Part shown: in pieces, positions 12,781 to 28,750 of the stretch
How positions within the stretch are numbered: the first letter of the stretch is position 1
Layout of the letters: each line of letters begins with the position of its first letter
NCBI RefSeq assembly: GCF_009914755.1
Contig: NC_060932.1
Strand: one strand, 5' to 3'
DNA: 64,000 nucleotides
Source of the DNA: the human T2T-CHM13v2.0 reference genome, Homo sapiens
Notes under the pieces: generated by a model
Database searches by the model: none
Told to the model about the DNA's origin: nothing
Seen by the model: the letters and a program-made list of their open reading frames with translations, nothing else
Translations under genes and position numbers: made by a program

Positions 12781-14022
12781 CGCCCAGAGACGCCTGGGGT
12801 TCCAGAAGCTGGAAAGGCATGGAGCGGTGCGGGAACAAGCCTCTGCGGTGGCTGGAGATGTGGGGATGGAGACTGGTCATGCCTTCACACACTTAACCAG
12901 AACCCTCCCAGCTCTCCCTCCCCTGCAACCAAGCCAGCAAGGCGACACGGTGGCTGGCGCTGGCGAGAGGCAAGTGTGCTTGACTGCCTTTCTCCACTCT
13001 TGAGGACAACACCCAGAGTGGCCCCGTCTTTGCCCCACCAGCCCAGGCCTAAAGCTTCCTCATCATCCGCATCCCGGCCTGGGACTTAGGCGGACTTCTG
13101 CCAGCTGTGTCACGTGCAGGGGACTGCAGCCACTGACCCCCTCTCCCTTCTGTCCTGCTCTTCTCTACCCCACAGCCCCAGGCAGATCTTCAGTGCGTGT
13201 CAGCTCTCCTCCCTCCCTCCCTGCAGACCCCTGTGCCCCGCAGTGCCCTGAGAATGACGTCTGAGCCCCCAGTGGAGGTGTCAAGGCTGTTCGGTCTGTC
13301 CCCATCCCGTTCTGTCCTCCCCTTGCTCACCACACTCCCCTGCCTGGTCTTCCAAACTCGAACCCCAGGCAACTCCTTCAGCCATCAGACCTCTGCCCCT
13401 GCGCCCCTCCTGCCTCTCTGTGATGGGCTGGCCCTTCCCTTCTGCTGCCTCCTCTCCCTCCTTCCTGCTCCAACCCCTATCTCTCTCTGATGCTGCCCCT
13501 TAGAGAAGCCTTCTTGGACCTTAAGCCTGGCCACTCCTCTAAGCCCCTCATCTCCAGGTGTGGTCTAGGAAGTGCTCTCAGCCTCTCTACTCCAGTGGCT
13601 CGGGGGCTCTGACCAGCCCTCCTGCCAGGGAAGCTTTGAAGGTTCCCACAGGGACCCCTAGAGACAAGGGCACTGCCCGTCCAGATGGCACCCTCACCCC
13701 AACCCCAGCAGCACTGGCTGGAGCAGGCCATGCCTGTGTGGGTATCTGAACAGGCACTGGATTCCCCGATCTCAACAAAAGAAGCCCATGGAGGCCTTTT
13801 CTAATCCACAGTCCAAGAGGACAAATCAAGACAACAGGCTGCGGGGGCTGGCTGTGGGCCGACTCCCACGTCTTAGGACCAGGGGCTCTGGGGCTGTTTG
13901 GGCTGGAACCCCTCCTCCCAGCATAACAAACACTAGCTCATTATTTACAGTGAATACCCAACAAAACCCTGCTCGAGGTGAGGAGCGGGGACCTGCTGCT
14001 CCAACAGACCAGACTGGCTGCT

Positions 14023-14096
14023 GGCTCCGAGCTCATTAAATCAGCAACCTTTGCACTCCGGCTCCGAGCTCATTAAATCAGCAACCCTTGCACTCC
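14023..14096. repeat. 37-bp direct tandem duplication
   Basis: ggctccgagctcattaaatcagcaaccYttgcactcc x2, one mismatch. Confidence 0.92.
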
Positions 14097-14491
14097 CTCC
14101 AAAGCCCTGCCCGTCACCTTCACACCTCCCTGGTGGGGGAAGGGGATTCTTCCACTCTGATTACACCCGTTCCCATCTCCCTTCACTCCTGTGAGCTGGC
14201 CAGGCTGAGGATTTGTCCAAAGGGCCTGGGGAGTGAGACGCTCCACAGCTTCTCATGGGTCAGCCGACATGGACGGTAGCTTGGGTGACTCAGCTTCCCG
14301 TGATGCGCTGGATGCACAGGGAGCTGGTGACAACAGCCTGTGTGTGTGACAGAACAGCCTGTGCGTGTGACAGGACGTCAAGAACTACATACAAAGACAC
14401 AGCTGCCCCCAAAAATGAGTCTGCACAGCCTGGTGCAATGCAGCTGCAGCCTGTCATCGAGTCAATTGCATTGTCGTCCGCCGCTCTCCTG

Positions 14492-15357
<866 letters not shown>

Positions 15358-15372
15358 TATAGTACTAGTTCC

Positions 15373-15681
<309 letters not shown>

Positions 15682-16299
15682 TAACTTTTTAAGAAACTAC
15701 CAAGCCAATTTCTAGAATGGCAGCACCACTTTGCCTTACCACTGGCGATGTCCCAAGCTGCTCCGCGACCTCAGTGATGCTTGGCACTTGTTAGCAGTTT
15801 TTACCTGAGCCACCTGGCAAGTGTGCAGTGGCACCCACCGCGATGCTGGCCGGCCCTTCCCTGACAGCCATCCCTTCCCGAGCCTATTGCCATCCCTGTG
15901 CCCTCTTCGGTCAAACGTCTGTTGCGGCTCTTGCCAATTTTCTAACTGGAATGTTTGTTTTCTTGCGGTAGAGTTTAGAGATTTTTACATATTATCAGCC
16001 TGGGGGCTCCTCCACCCACACAGCCCTGAGCGTCCACCCTGGCAGCTGTTGCCCGTCTGCAGGCCCCCCCGCCCTCTGCTCCGCGTGCCCCTCCAGCTCA
16101 GGGGTCCCCTCGCCTCGGCTCTCTGCACCCCTGCTCAAAACGGTCAAAGAACCCTCCCCGGCCGTTTATTTTTCCCAGAAAGTGACAATTTTCTCTTTTC
16201 AGGTCGTAAGCACAGAACTGAGGGAGAAACTGTGGCTGAACAAGAGGAAACTGAGGAAGGAGTCCATGAAGGGGCTTTGGGGAACCTGTAACATCCTCC

Positions 16300-17350
16300 T
16301 CAGGCTCCCGGGGACGCCCCTGGAAAGCAGGCAGAATCGAGGGCGCTGGGGCCCCCGCGAGGGGAGCGGGAGGTCGCGCGTCTCGCAGCGGTTCCCGGCC
16401 GCCGGTGACCATCGCTGCGGACACATCCCGAGGAGGGAACCCAAGAGGGCGGCGGGGGGGACTCGCGAGCTGAACGTGGAAGCAACTCCAGCCGAGGACC
16501 CCCGGAGGCCTGGAGTGCACGGAGGGGCCGCGGGCAGCGTGGGGACGGCGCCGTCATCTCCCGAAGCCCGGCCCCGCGCTGGCTCCCCGGGCGGTGCAGG
16601 GCCGGCGTCGGGAAGGAGGCTCCGAGGCGCCGGCTTCTGCGCCCCACGCAGCGCCGCTCCCCGCGCCCGGGCGCTTTGCAGGCGCGGGCGGGATCCGGGC
16701 CAGCGTGTACGCGAAAGCCACGCGCGGGCGCAGCCCACGAGGGGAGGGGCGGGGAAAGGCCTCCTCTTCGCTCCCGGCCCCGCCCCCACACGGCCACCGA
16801 GGCGTGCGGTCCTCCCGGGGCCCAGAGCGTCCCGGAAGTGCGCGCCGGCCGGGCGGAGTGGGGCGGGGCCGGACACTTCCGTCCGGCGCGCGGCGTCCTC
16901 CTCCCGCTCGGAAGGTGAGTGGGCGCGGGCGGCGGCGGCTGCTCCGGGTGCCTGGGACCAGCCCAGTCCGAGCTCGTGCGCCGTACTCCGCGGTGCAGCC
17001 CTGCCCAGCCGGGCCATGCGGCCCTTGCAGCCGCCGCTCGCCGTGACCTTGGCCTTGGGCCAAGCCCGGGGAGCGGGGTGGGCTCCTGGGGGTCGCGGAG
17101 CAGCAGCGGACCGCCCCGCCCAGCGGCCCTGGCGATAGCGGGTGTCCGTTCGCAGGGCGCCTTTCCCAGGCACCCAGTGACGGCAGCTGTCGTCATCGCC
17201 ACTCTGCAGATGGGAAACTGAGGCCCGGAGGTCCCGCCGCTCCGGAGCGAGGAGCCGCCGGACCCCAGCGCCGCACCGCCGGGCGGACGCGCTCTGTGCC
17301 GAGCTCCCGGCGATTGGGTCCGCTCCCACGGGGCTGGGAACAGAGGGGCA
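16300..17350. promoter_or_regulatory. GLI4: CpG-island promoter of GLI4
   Basis: Very high CpG density; GC boxes (ggggcgggg); ETS/GABP motifs cccggaagtg (16831-16840) and cacttccg (16874-16881). Confidence 0.9.
16875..16914 (+). other. GLI4: GLI4 non-coding exon 1 (TSS approximate)
   Basis: Consensus donor AAG|GTGAGT at 16914/16915, immediately after the ETS motifs. Confidence 0.75.
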
Positions 17351-17884
17351 GAGGATGCTTCCCCCGAGCCGCTGGCAGGAGTGCCCTTCCCCCTTCAGTC
17401 TGGAGCTCAGAGTTTGTGCGTCCCTGGGGGTGAAGGGGCGTCCACGCTGTGATGGTCGCCTCTGCTCAGTCCTGGGGGCCAAGCCAGGGTCGGGGTGATC
17501 GAGCAGGCCCTTTTACCAGGTGTCCCCAGTAAGTTAACTAAGTAACTTGAGATGTGACTTCAGGGTGGAGGACCTGCACCCAGTGGCCACCTACCTGGTG
17601 ACCTGACCCTTCCCATCATTAGGGGATGGAGGCTGGCCCAGAAGCCGGGCACTGGGGTGGCGGCCGTGTGGGAGCTGCCTCTCCCACTTCCTCGAAGCAG
17701 GCACTGTCTGCTGTTCTTAGATCTGAGTATCCGTTAACTTTTGTCCTCTTTTCCCGTTCCTTTCTTCACTCCCTGCCCCAGATTAGGAGTTCCTACTCTA
17801 TCACAGTATGAAAGAAAAGTCACTTTTCACATTGGACTCAAGCCGTTTTTGCAAAGTAAACTAAGAAGTGTCTTGGAGCCCTGA

Positions 17885-18593
<709 letters not shown>

Positions 18594-18850
18594 CCACTCA
18601 AAGCGTTATTCCTTACTGAATAAATGTGCCAGGTCCCCCAACTGCCTCACCCCAGGCCTATGTGTCTCTGTGGGTTCATCCTCCATCCTTGCTCCTCCTG
18701 GAGTGGATAAACCTCCATCTCCCCTTGGAGAGCTGGCATGTTGCCTCCTCCTGCACCATCCCCCCGACATTCCTCCCAATCCCCTCATCTGCCATGGTTT
18801 TCATTTTCCCCAGGTCCCAGGTGTGACACCTTCAGCAGGTCTCAGGGAAG

Positions 18851-18974
18851 ATGGCAGCCCTAGGGGACATTCAGGAGTCCCCTTCTGTCCCGTCCCCTGT
18901 CAGTCTCTCATCACCGGGGACACCTGGAACCCAGCACCACGAGCCTCAGCTTCACCTCCATGGGCATCAACATG
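18851..18974 (+). CDS. GLI4: GLI4 coding exon 1 (gene exon 2): [21 protein letters not shown]...HGHQH
   Basis: Acceptor ttttccccag| at 18813/18814; ATG in aagATGg context; donor G|GTACTC at 18974/18975 (phase 1); matches the recalled GLI4 N-terminus. Confidence 0.93.
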
Positions 18975-21900
18975 GTACTCACCCAGCCCGCTGTGCGCCC
19001 TCCACCCTGCATCCCCTGCCCTCACGTCCCCTGCCCTGTCTCCTCCTGACCTGCCACGCTGGCTGACTTGAGAGGCGCCTCCAGACACCTGTATGCAGCT
19101 CCTTCAGCAGCTGGGGTTCCCACACCCTCAGGCCAGGGGCTCGGCGCGGGTTGGGTTGGGGCAGCGGTGGTTGAGGCTGGGGCCAAGCCTGAGCTCTCGC
19201 TCCCTAGGGACAGCTCCCCGCATTGTTTCTTTCCTGAGTTGAGGTATAGGAGGGAAAGTGGCCTCAAAATCTGGATCCAGCGTGACCAGGAGCAAGGCAT
19301 CGCCCCTCTGAGTGTGTGTTGTCATTCAGGAAGTGGAGCAGCCAGAGTCCTTGCCAAGCTGGTTTGGGTGTGATCCCCCGGGACTCGCAGGGACAGAGCA
19401 CCAGCCTTGCTCCACCCCTGATGTTGTGGCCTCATGGTCACATGGCAGGCTCTGGGAGTTGAGGTGTGGGGGAGTCCCAGCCCCATAGTGCCCCTGGCTC
19501 TACTCCCTCTCAGAGGTCAGGGATCCTGAGGCTACATCTCTGCTGGGTGTTCCACAGGAGGCCTGGCCTCGGCCCTCGTGGCCCAACCCAGCACATGAGC
19601 TGCTGACAGCAGGGGCAAGACCCCATATAGGTCAAGCCTGGAGAGCCCGTGCCTGGCCCAGGAATGGGGGCAACCTGGCACAGGGTTCTCCCTCTTGGGG
19701 AGTCAGAGTCCTGGTGGCTGAAGGGACCACTGAGGCTTGTGGAGAGCAGCTGCGCTGCATGGGGCCCTCAGGTGGGCACTCAGATGGGGACAGAGAGTCC
19801 GGGGGGCTCCCCCAAGGAGCCAGGACCAGGGTGAGTTAGAGGAGCAGGGAGCCAGGCAGCTTGGCATCCACTCCCCTGCAGCCCTGCCGTCTCCGCTGCG
19901 GTGTCCCGAGCAACTCCCCAGGGACTGCGAGGAGGCTGGGAAGGGGCACCCGTGGGCTGCCTGGGCTGCCTGTCCTGGTGGACCTGGCCAGGGGCTACCT
20001 GGAAGGATCCCAAGCCCCTGCAGCACACACTGTGGCTGGGCCTCCAGCCCATGCCCCTGAGGGCCGTGCTCCTCACCCCTTAGTCAGAATCTCAGGGCCC
20101 ACCCTTGCCCTCTCATGTCATCTGTACAATGGCTGAGAGGAGTTCTCCTGTCCCGTTACCAGTGGGGACACAGAAGCCCAGAGACAAGGCCAGGAGGTCA
20201 GCAGACTCAGGGCATGCCCTGGCACCCCCCCAGGCCTGATGAGGTGTGACTTCTCTAGGGGGACAGTTTCTGAGGGAGGGCACAGCCCAGCAGATCATCT
20301 TGGCACAGCACAGGACACACACTGAGGTGGCTGCAGGCCAGTTTCTGCAGGATAAGAAACTGACGCCCAGGTGGAGGGTGGGCTGGGGAGCATGGAGGGG
20401 CCTGGGGCCAGGCCCCCTGAGCCTGCAGGGTTGCGCTACCCCCAGCCCTGTCTCCACCAGCTGTGGGCAGCCAGGCCCAGAAAGCCAGGCATGAGTCCCC
20501 AGCCCCACAGGCCTGGAAGCCTCCTGGGCACTGGAGCCATGTCCGAGTGCCCTGAAACCCCCAGGGGTTTTGCCCCGTGGGAGGGAGTGGGGGCTGCACC
20601 AGCAGCTTCTGCCGTCTCCTTGCTGTGCTAGAAACAACATCCAGGGAGGACAGATGAGCTGGGCCCTGAGAACAGCAGGTGTGGCTGCTTTCCCCCAGCA
20701 AGAGACTGTGGCAGGAGGAGATTGTGGCTGAGGCACAGCGGGGCCTGGGAAGGCTGTCAGGTAGCCAGAGCCAGATAAGGGGGCGGCCTTCATCCCCTCT
20801 TCATGCTGATAGGCCTGGTGTAGAGAGAACGGGGCCAGGCCGCAGCAATGGGCAGCTACTGTCCCAACTTCCAGGCACTGGGTGAAGGCAGGGGCTGTTT
20901 CTGGGCGTTTCCAGCTTCCTCTGCTCCTTGGGAATGCCCAGGGGCCACAGATTCCTAAGCAGGGGAGACCTCGCTGTTTCTGGAACTTGCCCAGGGCCAT
21001 CCTGCCAATTAGGGATCAAGACAGGACTTGGAGCCGCAGCCTCCCAACTCCCAGAAAGAAGTTTGCAGTGGGCCAGACCGAGGTTCCTGGGGCCCACCCC
21101 AGGCACATGTGGTCACCTCAGGAGCCTCTGGTGGGTGCGTTGCTGGGCACCAGGCCGTGACGTATCAGGGAGCAGAGGAGGTCCCAAGTAGGAGCCGTTT
21201 ATCAGTGGGGAGGGTCGTGAGGGGCATGAGGAGCGGCCGGGTAAGGTTCTCTGCGGTGGTCCCTGCAGCCATGAAGCTGGGGTCCCACAGCAAAGGACTT
21301 GGGGCCATGGCCTAGCCCAAGCCTTGCAGAGCGGGGAGACCAGGCGGTGGGAACAGGCCACAGTTCCTCATCTCCCAGGACCTCTGTGGTCCCCACGGAG
21401 ATGCAGATCAGGAGCTGGGCTGGGCTTGGGGGACTGAGGGTCCCCACACAGCTTCTCAGGGATTGTGTTGTGCCCCAAGGCCACGCCCACCAGAGCCAGC
21501 ACTGCCTGGGCCGGTTCTGGAAGGTTTACCCAGGGGTCCTGCGAGTGGAGGGGCAGTCTGGGCAGGAGGAAGTGAGGGAGGGGAGGCCTGGGACCCTTGG
21601 GGGCTTGCAGCCCTGTGGGGGTTACTGAGTGCCCAGGCTGTTAGGGAGGACCCCATGGGCAGGGCAGGGCCACCCCGCGACAGGCACAGCATCTTTCCAC
21701 ATGGAGCGCCTGGCCTTGGCACCTGAGATCTGGACTCTAGGTTCCCACAGACCACCCCCCAGCGCCTAGCTTGCTCCCCTAACTCACCCTGGTCCAGGCC
21801 CGGGCACACAGCACTTGCTGTGCCATTTAATACACAAAGGCCCTTCCAGCCAGGAAAGCACCCACCTGCCGCCTGTCCCCAGACGTGTACAGCCACCTCA

Positions 21901-24091
21901 CCTCCACTTGGAAGACCAGCCCCAGCAGGTGGGCAGCCCTGGTGTTTCTCCAGTTCGGGCCACACTGTCCCTGTGTCACAGCACAGTGGGAGGGCACTGG
22001 CCAGGTGAGGGGTGGTGAAACTGAGGCAGGGGTACTTCTGCATAGAGCCAGCAGGGTGGGGAGCAGGGTCTGGGTGTGCACCCTATGGAGACCTGGCACA
22101 GCCTGGGCACAGCCAGCAGGTGGCAGGTGACTGAGCTCTGCAGAAATGGCCCGAATGTGGGCAGGTGTCAGGATCCAGGGTTAGGCAGTGGAATGACAGT
22201 GACCCATGCAGCCCACACCTGACCCTAGGCCACCCCCATCCTCCCCTAGAGAAGGTCCTAGGAAGTGCTTTGCTGCCTGCACAGGGCAGTTCCCAGGGAG
22301 CTGGGGGCCATCCTGAGTCGGCTTGTTCCGCAGCAGGGTAGAGACGGTGCACACCACCTGGCGTTGCTTGACTCTGAGGGTGTCTCCGGGCACCCCTACA
22401 GCTGGCAGCGGCTTTGGCGTGCTTCCTATCTTGGTAATGTCACTGGCCCTCTTAAAGTGACAGCCCGGGGAACATCCTGCCTGTCAGTGCCAGGGCATGG
22501 CCCCAGGAACAAAGCTGGAATCGGGGTCACTTTCTTTCTCAAAGGGCTGCCAGGTCCCCTCCAGTGGTGTCCCAGCGCAGGGCAAAGGTGGCAAGGCTGT
22601 CTCAGGTGATGTCCTCACCGCCCCCTCTGTAGGAGCATGGCGCTGGAGCCTGCCCTGTATTTGGCCATCTGTGGAACAAGCCAGCTCCCCTGGCTGCCAG
22701 GGTATGGTGACATGGTGCCCCCAGGCCTGTCTCCACAATGGGGAGGGTATCCGAAAGACCCAGAGATGGTTTGGGACCCCCACATCCTGCTTTGGGGCAG
22801 CCAAGCAGTTCTGGACCCTCGGCTCTCGAGGAAGGGACGTCGCACAGCCGCCCCCACCTGCTGAACTTCCCAGCCCTTCATATCGGGCCTCCCCTCACTC
22901 CTCAGCCTGGGTTCGGAAGGTCTCCCAGGGGCCGACCTGAGGGCGGGAGGGCGTGTCGGGTGAGTGAGTGGCTGGCTGGACTGGGGAGGTCCCCCCTCCA
23001 TGGTGGGCCAAGCTGGTCACCCCACCGCAGCTGGGGCAGGCCTGCCTGAGGCTGGAAAGCCCCATGAAAAGCTCACAGCCAGGCACTGTGTTATGAACAG
23101 GGTGTGGACAGGAGCCTCTGCCCACCCCAGCCCTGCGTCTTTCTGTGCCCATCTCTGCATTGTCATTGCTGGGGACACCCAGATTCGGCCTCACGGGGCT
23201 AAGAGACACACCCGTCCTTGAGTACAGCCCCCAGCCACCCTCTCTGCTGTGGGCAGAGGGCAGGTGAGGCACCAGGGTGGCACAGCACTGAGGAGACAGG
23301 TGAGACCCCCAAAGGGGCCTGGTGCCCCTGCTGGCGTGAGGAGAGCTGACCACTGGCCTCGGGCAGTGGAGCCCACGCCCCTCCCTTTTCAGTCTGTGCT
23401 CCTTGAGCATTAAGGCCATCCCCCCACCCTGCCCCCACCAAGTCTTGGGTGGGAGGGGGGTCTTGGTCCTGGGTGCCCAAGCCTGGTGTGCCCAGGGGTG
23501 AGGGGCTCATAGATGGGCCCAGCCCATTCCTCAGGCTCTGCCTGAGGAAGCCAGGGGCCAGTGCGCTGGGCCTGCTGGAAGCAGCTGCCTCTGCTGTTTC
23601 TGGGCGCTCGTCAAGGACAGCAGAGAGCCCCGGAGGGACAGAAAGGTCTCGGGCCAAGGGAGGAAGGCTTTGTGAGGTACGGGTGTGGGAGCCTGCAGGG
23701 CCAGCACTTTGAGAGGCCGGTCCAGAGCAGCACTGCAGGATGCTGGGGCATGGAGGAGGGTGGGCCACAGCCCACCAAGGTGACAAAGCCGCCTTCAACG
23801 GCAGGAGGGCCGCTTCAAAGCTCCCCCAGGTTTTGGCTCTGCTTACTGGGCTGAAGGGGAATGAGCTCCCAATGCTGGCCCCTGGAGGAGGAGGCTCTTG
23901 AACCGAGCTGGGAAGGAAGGTAAAGGGCATTCGTGGCTAGAGAAGCCCAAGCAGCGGGCCTGCTGTTGGGATTGGGAGGGCCAGGAGGTGTCCTGTGTCA
24001 GGGCCACAGCCCGGGAGCACGTGGCGGTCAGAGAGGAGCGGAGGCAGTGGTCCAGAGGGTGGAGGTGAGCCCCAGCCTCCCTGACCCCCAG

Positions 24092-24190
24092 GCTCCCCTG
24101 GCTCCAGCCCTAAGGTGCTCTCCCAGCCGTCCGACCTGGATCTCCAAGACGTAGAGGAAGTGGAGATCGGCAGAGACACCTTCTGGCCCG
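24092..24190 (+). CDS. GLI4: GLI4 coding exon 2 (99 nt): [33 protein letters not shown]
   Basis: Acceptor ctgacccccag|, donor CCG|GTGAGT; phase 1/1 keeps the frame. Confidence 0.93.
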
Positions 24191-25040
24191 GTGAGTGAGC
24201 AGAATCGGGTTACTGGGGGACCAGAGCTCTGCGCGTGCCAGGCTCCTCACAATGCCCACCTCTGTGGCACCCCCAATGCTGGCACCACCCCCTTCCTGGG
24301 GCCCCTTTTCTTCCCTGGCATCAGCTCACCTCTGCCCCGTGGCCCCTCCCCCACTCTAATGCCAGTCCAGTTACTGATGCTTCCCGAGGCGGTGACTGCA
24401 GCCCACAGCCACCTGCGCCAGTGGCCCCACCTGGACTCCTGCCGGCCCCAGCTGGACACAGTGAATCAGGAACTCCTCCCTCCCCTCCACCTGCCTTGGG
24501 CTGGGGCTTCTGGCTCAGGGCACCACTGTCCCCCCAGATCCACGAGTTATCCTGTGTCCCCTCCTCCTCCTGCATCCCCTAGATGGCCTCCCCTCAGCCT
24601 GGTTGGAGCTGTGTCCAGGTCCCCTGCACCTCCCCCTTGAGAAGCTCCCAGGGTTCCCTCTGGGCGATGTTAGTGATATGGCTGGATTTAACAGTGGTGA
24701 GCCCTCGCCCACATCTGGGCGGCCCTGGGGTGGGGAGCAGGTGTCTGAGGTCAGGTCCCTGGAAAGAGACCCTGGGCCAGAGATTTGCGTGGGAAGCTCC
24801 TGGGGTGGGCATGGGAGCTGGGCGGCAGCACACTTGCCACCGAGGCCTGGGGCAGCCCCATGAGGAGCTGTGCCCATATGGACCACATCCTCGGCAAGGG
24901 CTTTGAGGCGCCCTCTGGAGCTCTGGCGTCCCCCAGGTTCCGGGTCCTCACCAACACTTAGTGCTTCCTCCTGGCTAAGGGTGACCCCACGGTCTGTCTT
25001 GCCACTGTGGCTCCGTGCACCGGCACGGCCGCCGTGGTGA

Positions 25041-26192
<1,152 letters not shown>

Positions 26193-26294
26193 CCGGGCGG
26201 GGGCTCGGGGCTCGGCCTCCTACCTGCCCCCAACCCACCCTCCACCCCGTCCCCCACGGTGGGCACTGCCCAGCACCGCATGCCACGTGTCCGG

Positions 26295-26300
26295 AATAAA
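26295..26300 (+). terminator. GLI4: GLI4 polyadenylation signal AATAAA
   Basis: Canonical hexamer about 100 nt after the stop, followed by T/GT-rich sequence. Confidence 0.85.
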
Positions 26301-27053
26301 TTCTTTTTGATTGTTGGAAGTGGGAGCCGGCACCTGCCTGGGTGAGACCTTGGGGCAGCTTCCTATCCCCGAGGACCCGCTGCGGGATGGGGGTGATGGG
26401 GCTGCTCCACCAAGACCTGCCATACAGGGCCACGGGGTCCCTGGGGTCTGGCGGGCGGCCCGAGTGTCGTAGGGGAGGATCTGAGGCCTGGAGGTGTCCT
26501 GACTTGCCCAAAGCTGATACCCCACCATCAACACGGGAGGCGGGGGGGGCGCGCCCAGAGCAGGGGTCGAGGACGGGGCCAGTCTAGAAGTGCTCACAGG
26601 CCTGGCCAGGCTGCCTGTCTGCCACCTGGGTGAGGGGTCTCTGGCAACTCGGTTCCCTTATGTATTTGGGAGGCCTCTGCTTCTGTAAATGCAGCAGGCT
26701 TCCCCACGTGCCCTGTCAGCTCTGCTGCCTCCATTCAGTGGGGGGCCTGCTGGGCAGCAGTGGCCCGGGCTTCCTCTGCACCAGCCCCTTGCCCTGGGGT
26801 GTGGGGGCCCAGGGTGTTCAGGTCTTGACAGGTGTGGGCTGGTACAGCTGGGCCTGCCGGGCCCTCTTCAGAGCTGCCGGGACACTGCTTCTGGGCAGGG
26901 GAGTCTGGGCCACGAAGCTCTGGGAGAGCTCAGCTGGGGGTGGCTCCAAGTGCTGAGTGCCAGTGATTCTGCCAGTGCCTTCTCCCTGCCCTGCCTGTGC
27001 CCTCCGGGACAGCTGGCAGACCCCGGACCCCAGCCTGGCTCCTCCGAGGCTGT

Positions 27054-28045
27054 CCCTCTCCAGGTCTCACCTCCCCTCCTACTGTGACTCATCCAGAACC
27101 CCGGGCCTGGCCCCCAGATGTGCCTGTGGCGGGCCTCTGAGGTCACTGTCCTGGTGAAGACGAAGGCTACCGTCCCCGCTTTCTGGCAGTGTCTGCGAGG
27201 GCCTGCGCAGCGCGCATCTGATGTCATCAGCCCCCAGCAAGCCCGTTTTCCAGAAGAGAACCCGGAGGCTCCGAGGTGACGTGTGGCTTGCTCGAGATCA
27301 CACGATCAGTGACGGCACCAGATGAATCCCTGAGCTCCCTGACCAGCCATCCACCCAGGCCCCTGCTGAGACAGCGGGACCTCGTTTCCAACTCAGAAGC
27401 CCCCGGAACGCGGCTGCCCGGCTTGGGAGCCTGCGGCACAGGGCCCTGTGCAGCCCCTTGGGGAAGACGGCCCCAGGCTCTGCCAGCCCCCGCCACCCTC
27501 TCCAGACCATGCTCTGGGGGCCCTATGGCCACCAGCGCTCTGGACGCCCCACTCTGCCAGGTGAGAACGAGTTTAGGGGTGCGGGCTGGAGGTCAGTGTG
27601 TCTGTCCGAAGTCAGCTGGGAGGCAGGCGCCTACTTGAGGCGTCCTTGCTGGTGTGCGGTGGGCCTGGGGTTCAGACTGTCTGCCTGAAAGGTAAGGGTG
27701 AGGACGCCTGCATTCTCCTTGTTCAGTAACACGCGTGGGCAGCCAGGCCGAGGTGCTGGCTCTACTAGGGGATTCATCTGGTGCCGTCACTGATCGTGTG
27801 ACCTCGAGCAAGCCACGAGTCACCTCGGAGCCTCCGGGTTCTTCTCTGGAAAACGGGCTTGCTGGGGGCTGATGACATCAGATGCGCGCTGCGCAGGCCC
27901 CCGCAGACACCGCCAAAAAGCGGGGACGGTAGCCTTCGTCTTCAACAGGACAGTGATCTCACAGGCCCACCACGGGCACACCTGGGGGCCAGGCCGGGGG
28001 TTCTGGAGGAGTCACAGCAGGAGGGCAGGTGAGACCTGGAGAGGG
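27054..28045. repeat. Long inverted repeat: arms 27054-27330 and 27769-28045, 438-bp spacer
   Basis: Manual alignment of one arm to the reverse complement of the other: 277 bp, 18 mismatches (about 93.5%), no net indel. Confidence 0.97.
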
Positions 28046-28750
28046 CGACCCCGGCGCCCGGGTTGGACTCCCGCCCGCTGCGACCGGAGAGGGGAGCCCG
28101 GCGGTCCTCCACGCCGTCCCAGATAGTCCCGGAAGTGGCCGCAGCTCCTGGAGGGGCGGGGAGGGGGCGGGGCCATGCGCACTCGCGGCAGCCCGCACGA
28201 GACTCCCGCAGCGGCAGCTGACGGGAGGCTTCCCGGAGAAGGAAGTGGGGTGCGGCGGGTCCTGGGCCAGGCAGGGCTGTTCCTCCGCGCCGGGTCCTAA
28301 ACTCTCTGCAAGGTCTCTGTGTCCTCCCTCGTTGGGCAGGGCCCGCGAGATGCGCTGAAATGGCATTTACGTCTTTCCCAGTGTCCTCAGTGCCTTCTCC
28401 AAGCCCGCGGGCACGGGGCTGATTCTCGAACGTGCCATCTGATCCACTCAACATTTCTCGGGAACCCCAGAGCGGCCCGGCAGGACCCAGGCGTGGACTT
28501 TTAAGGGCATTTTTCTACCTTGTGGTGGCTGCCGGGTTTATCAGCGTGCAGTTGAACCGGACGTGATATTCCTGAGCCCTCCCGGGACGCCTGCGACCCT
28601 GAGCTGTGCTCGGCCTCTTGGTCACGCCTCTCCCCATCCTCCTTCGATTTGCGTCACACGAGGGCCGCTTGTCCGGGTGGCCGCCCCCGGGGCTGGCTCG
28701 GAGCCCCGTCCCACCCCTGCCGGCTCTGCCCCATCCCCCGCCACCAGAGG
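28046..28750. promoter_or_regulatory. Orphan CpG-island / promoter-like element
   Basis: CpG-rich; cccggaagtgg ETS site at about 28128, tandem GC boxes 28153-28172, NRF1-like catgcgca at about 28174, aggaagtg at about 28240. Confidence 0.65.

Noticed and set aside
16182-17482. Long overlapping ORFs (318 aa +, 427 aa -, 300 aa -) over the GLI4 promoter
   Set aside because: Low-complexity Arg/Gly/Pro/Ala products expected from stop-poor CpG-island sequence; no domain motifs.
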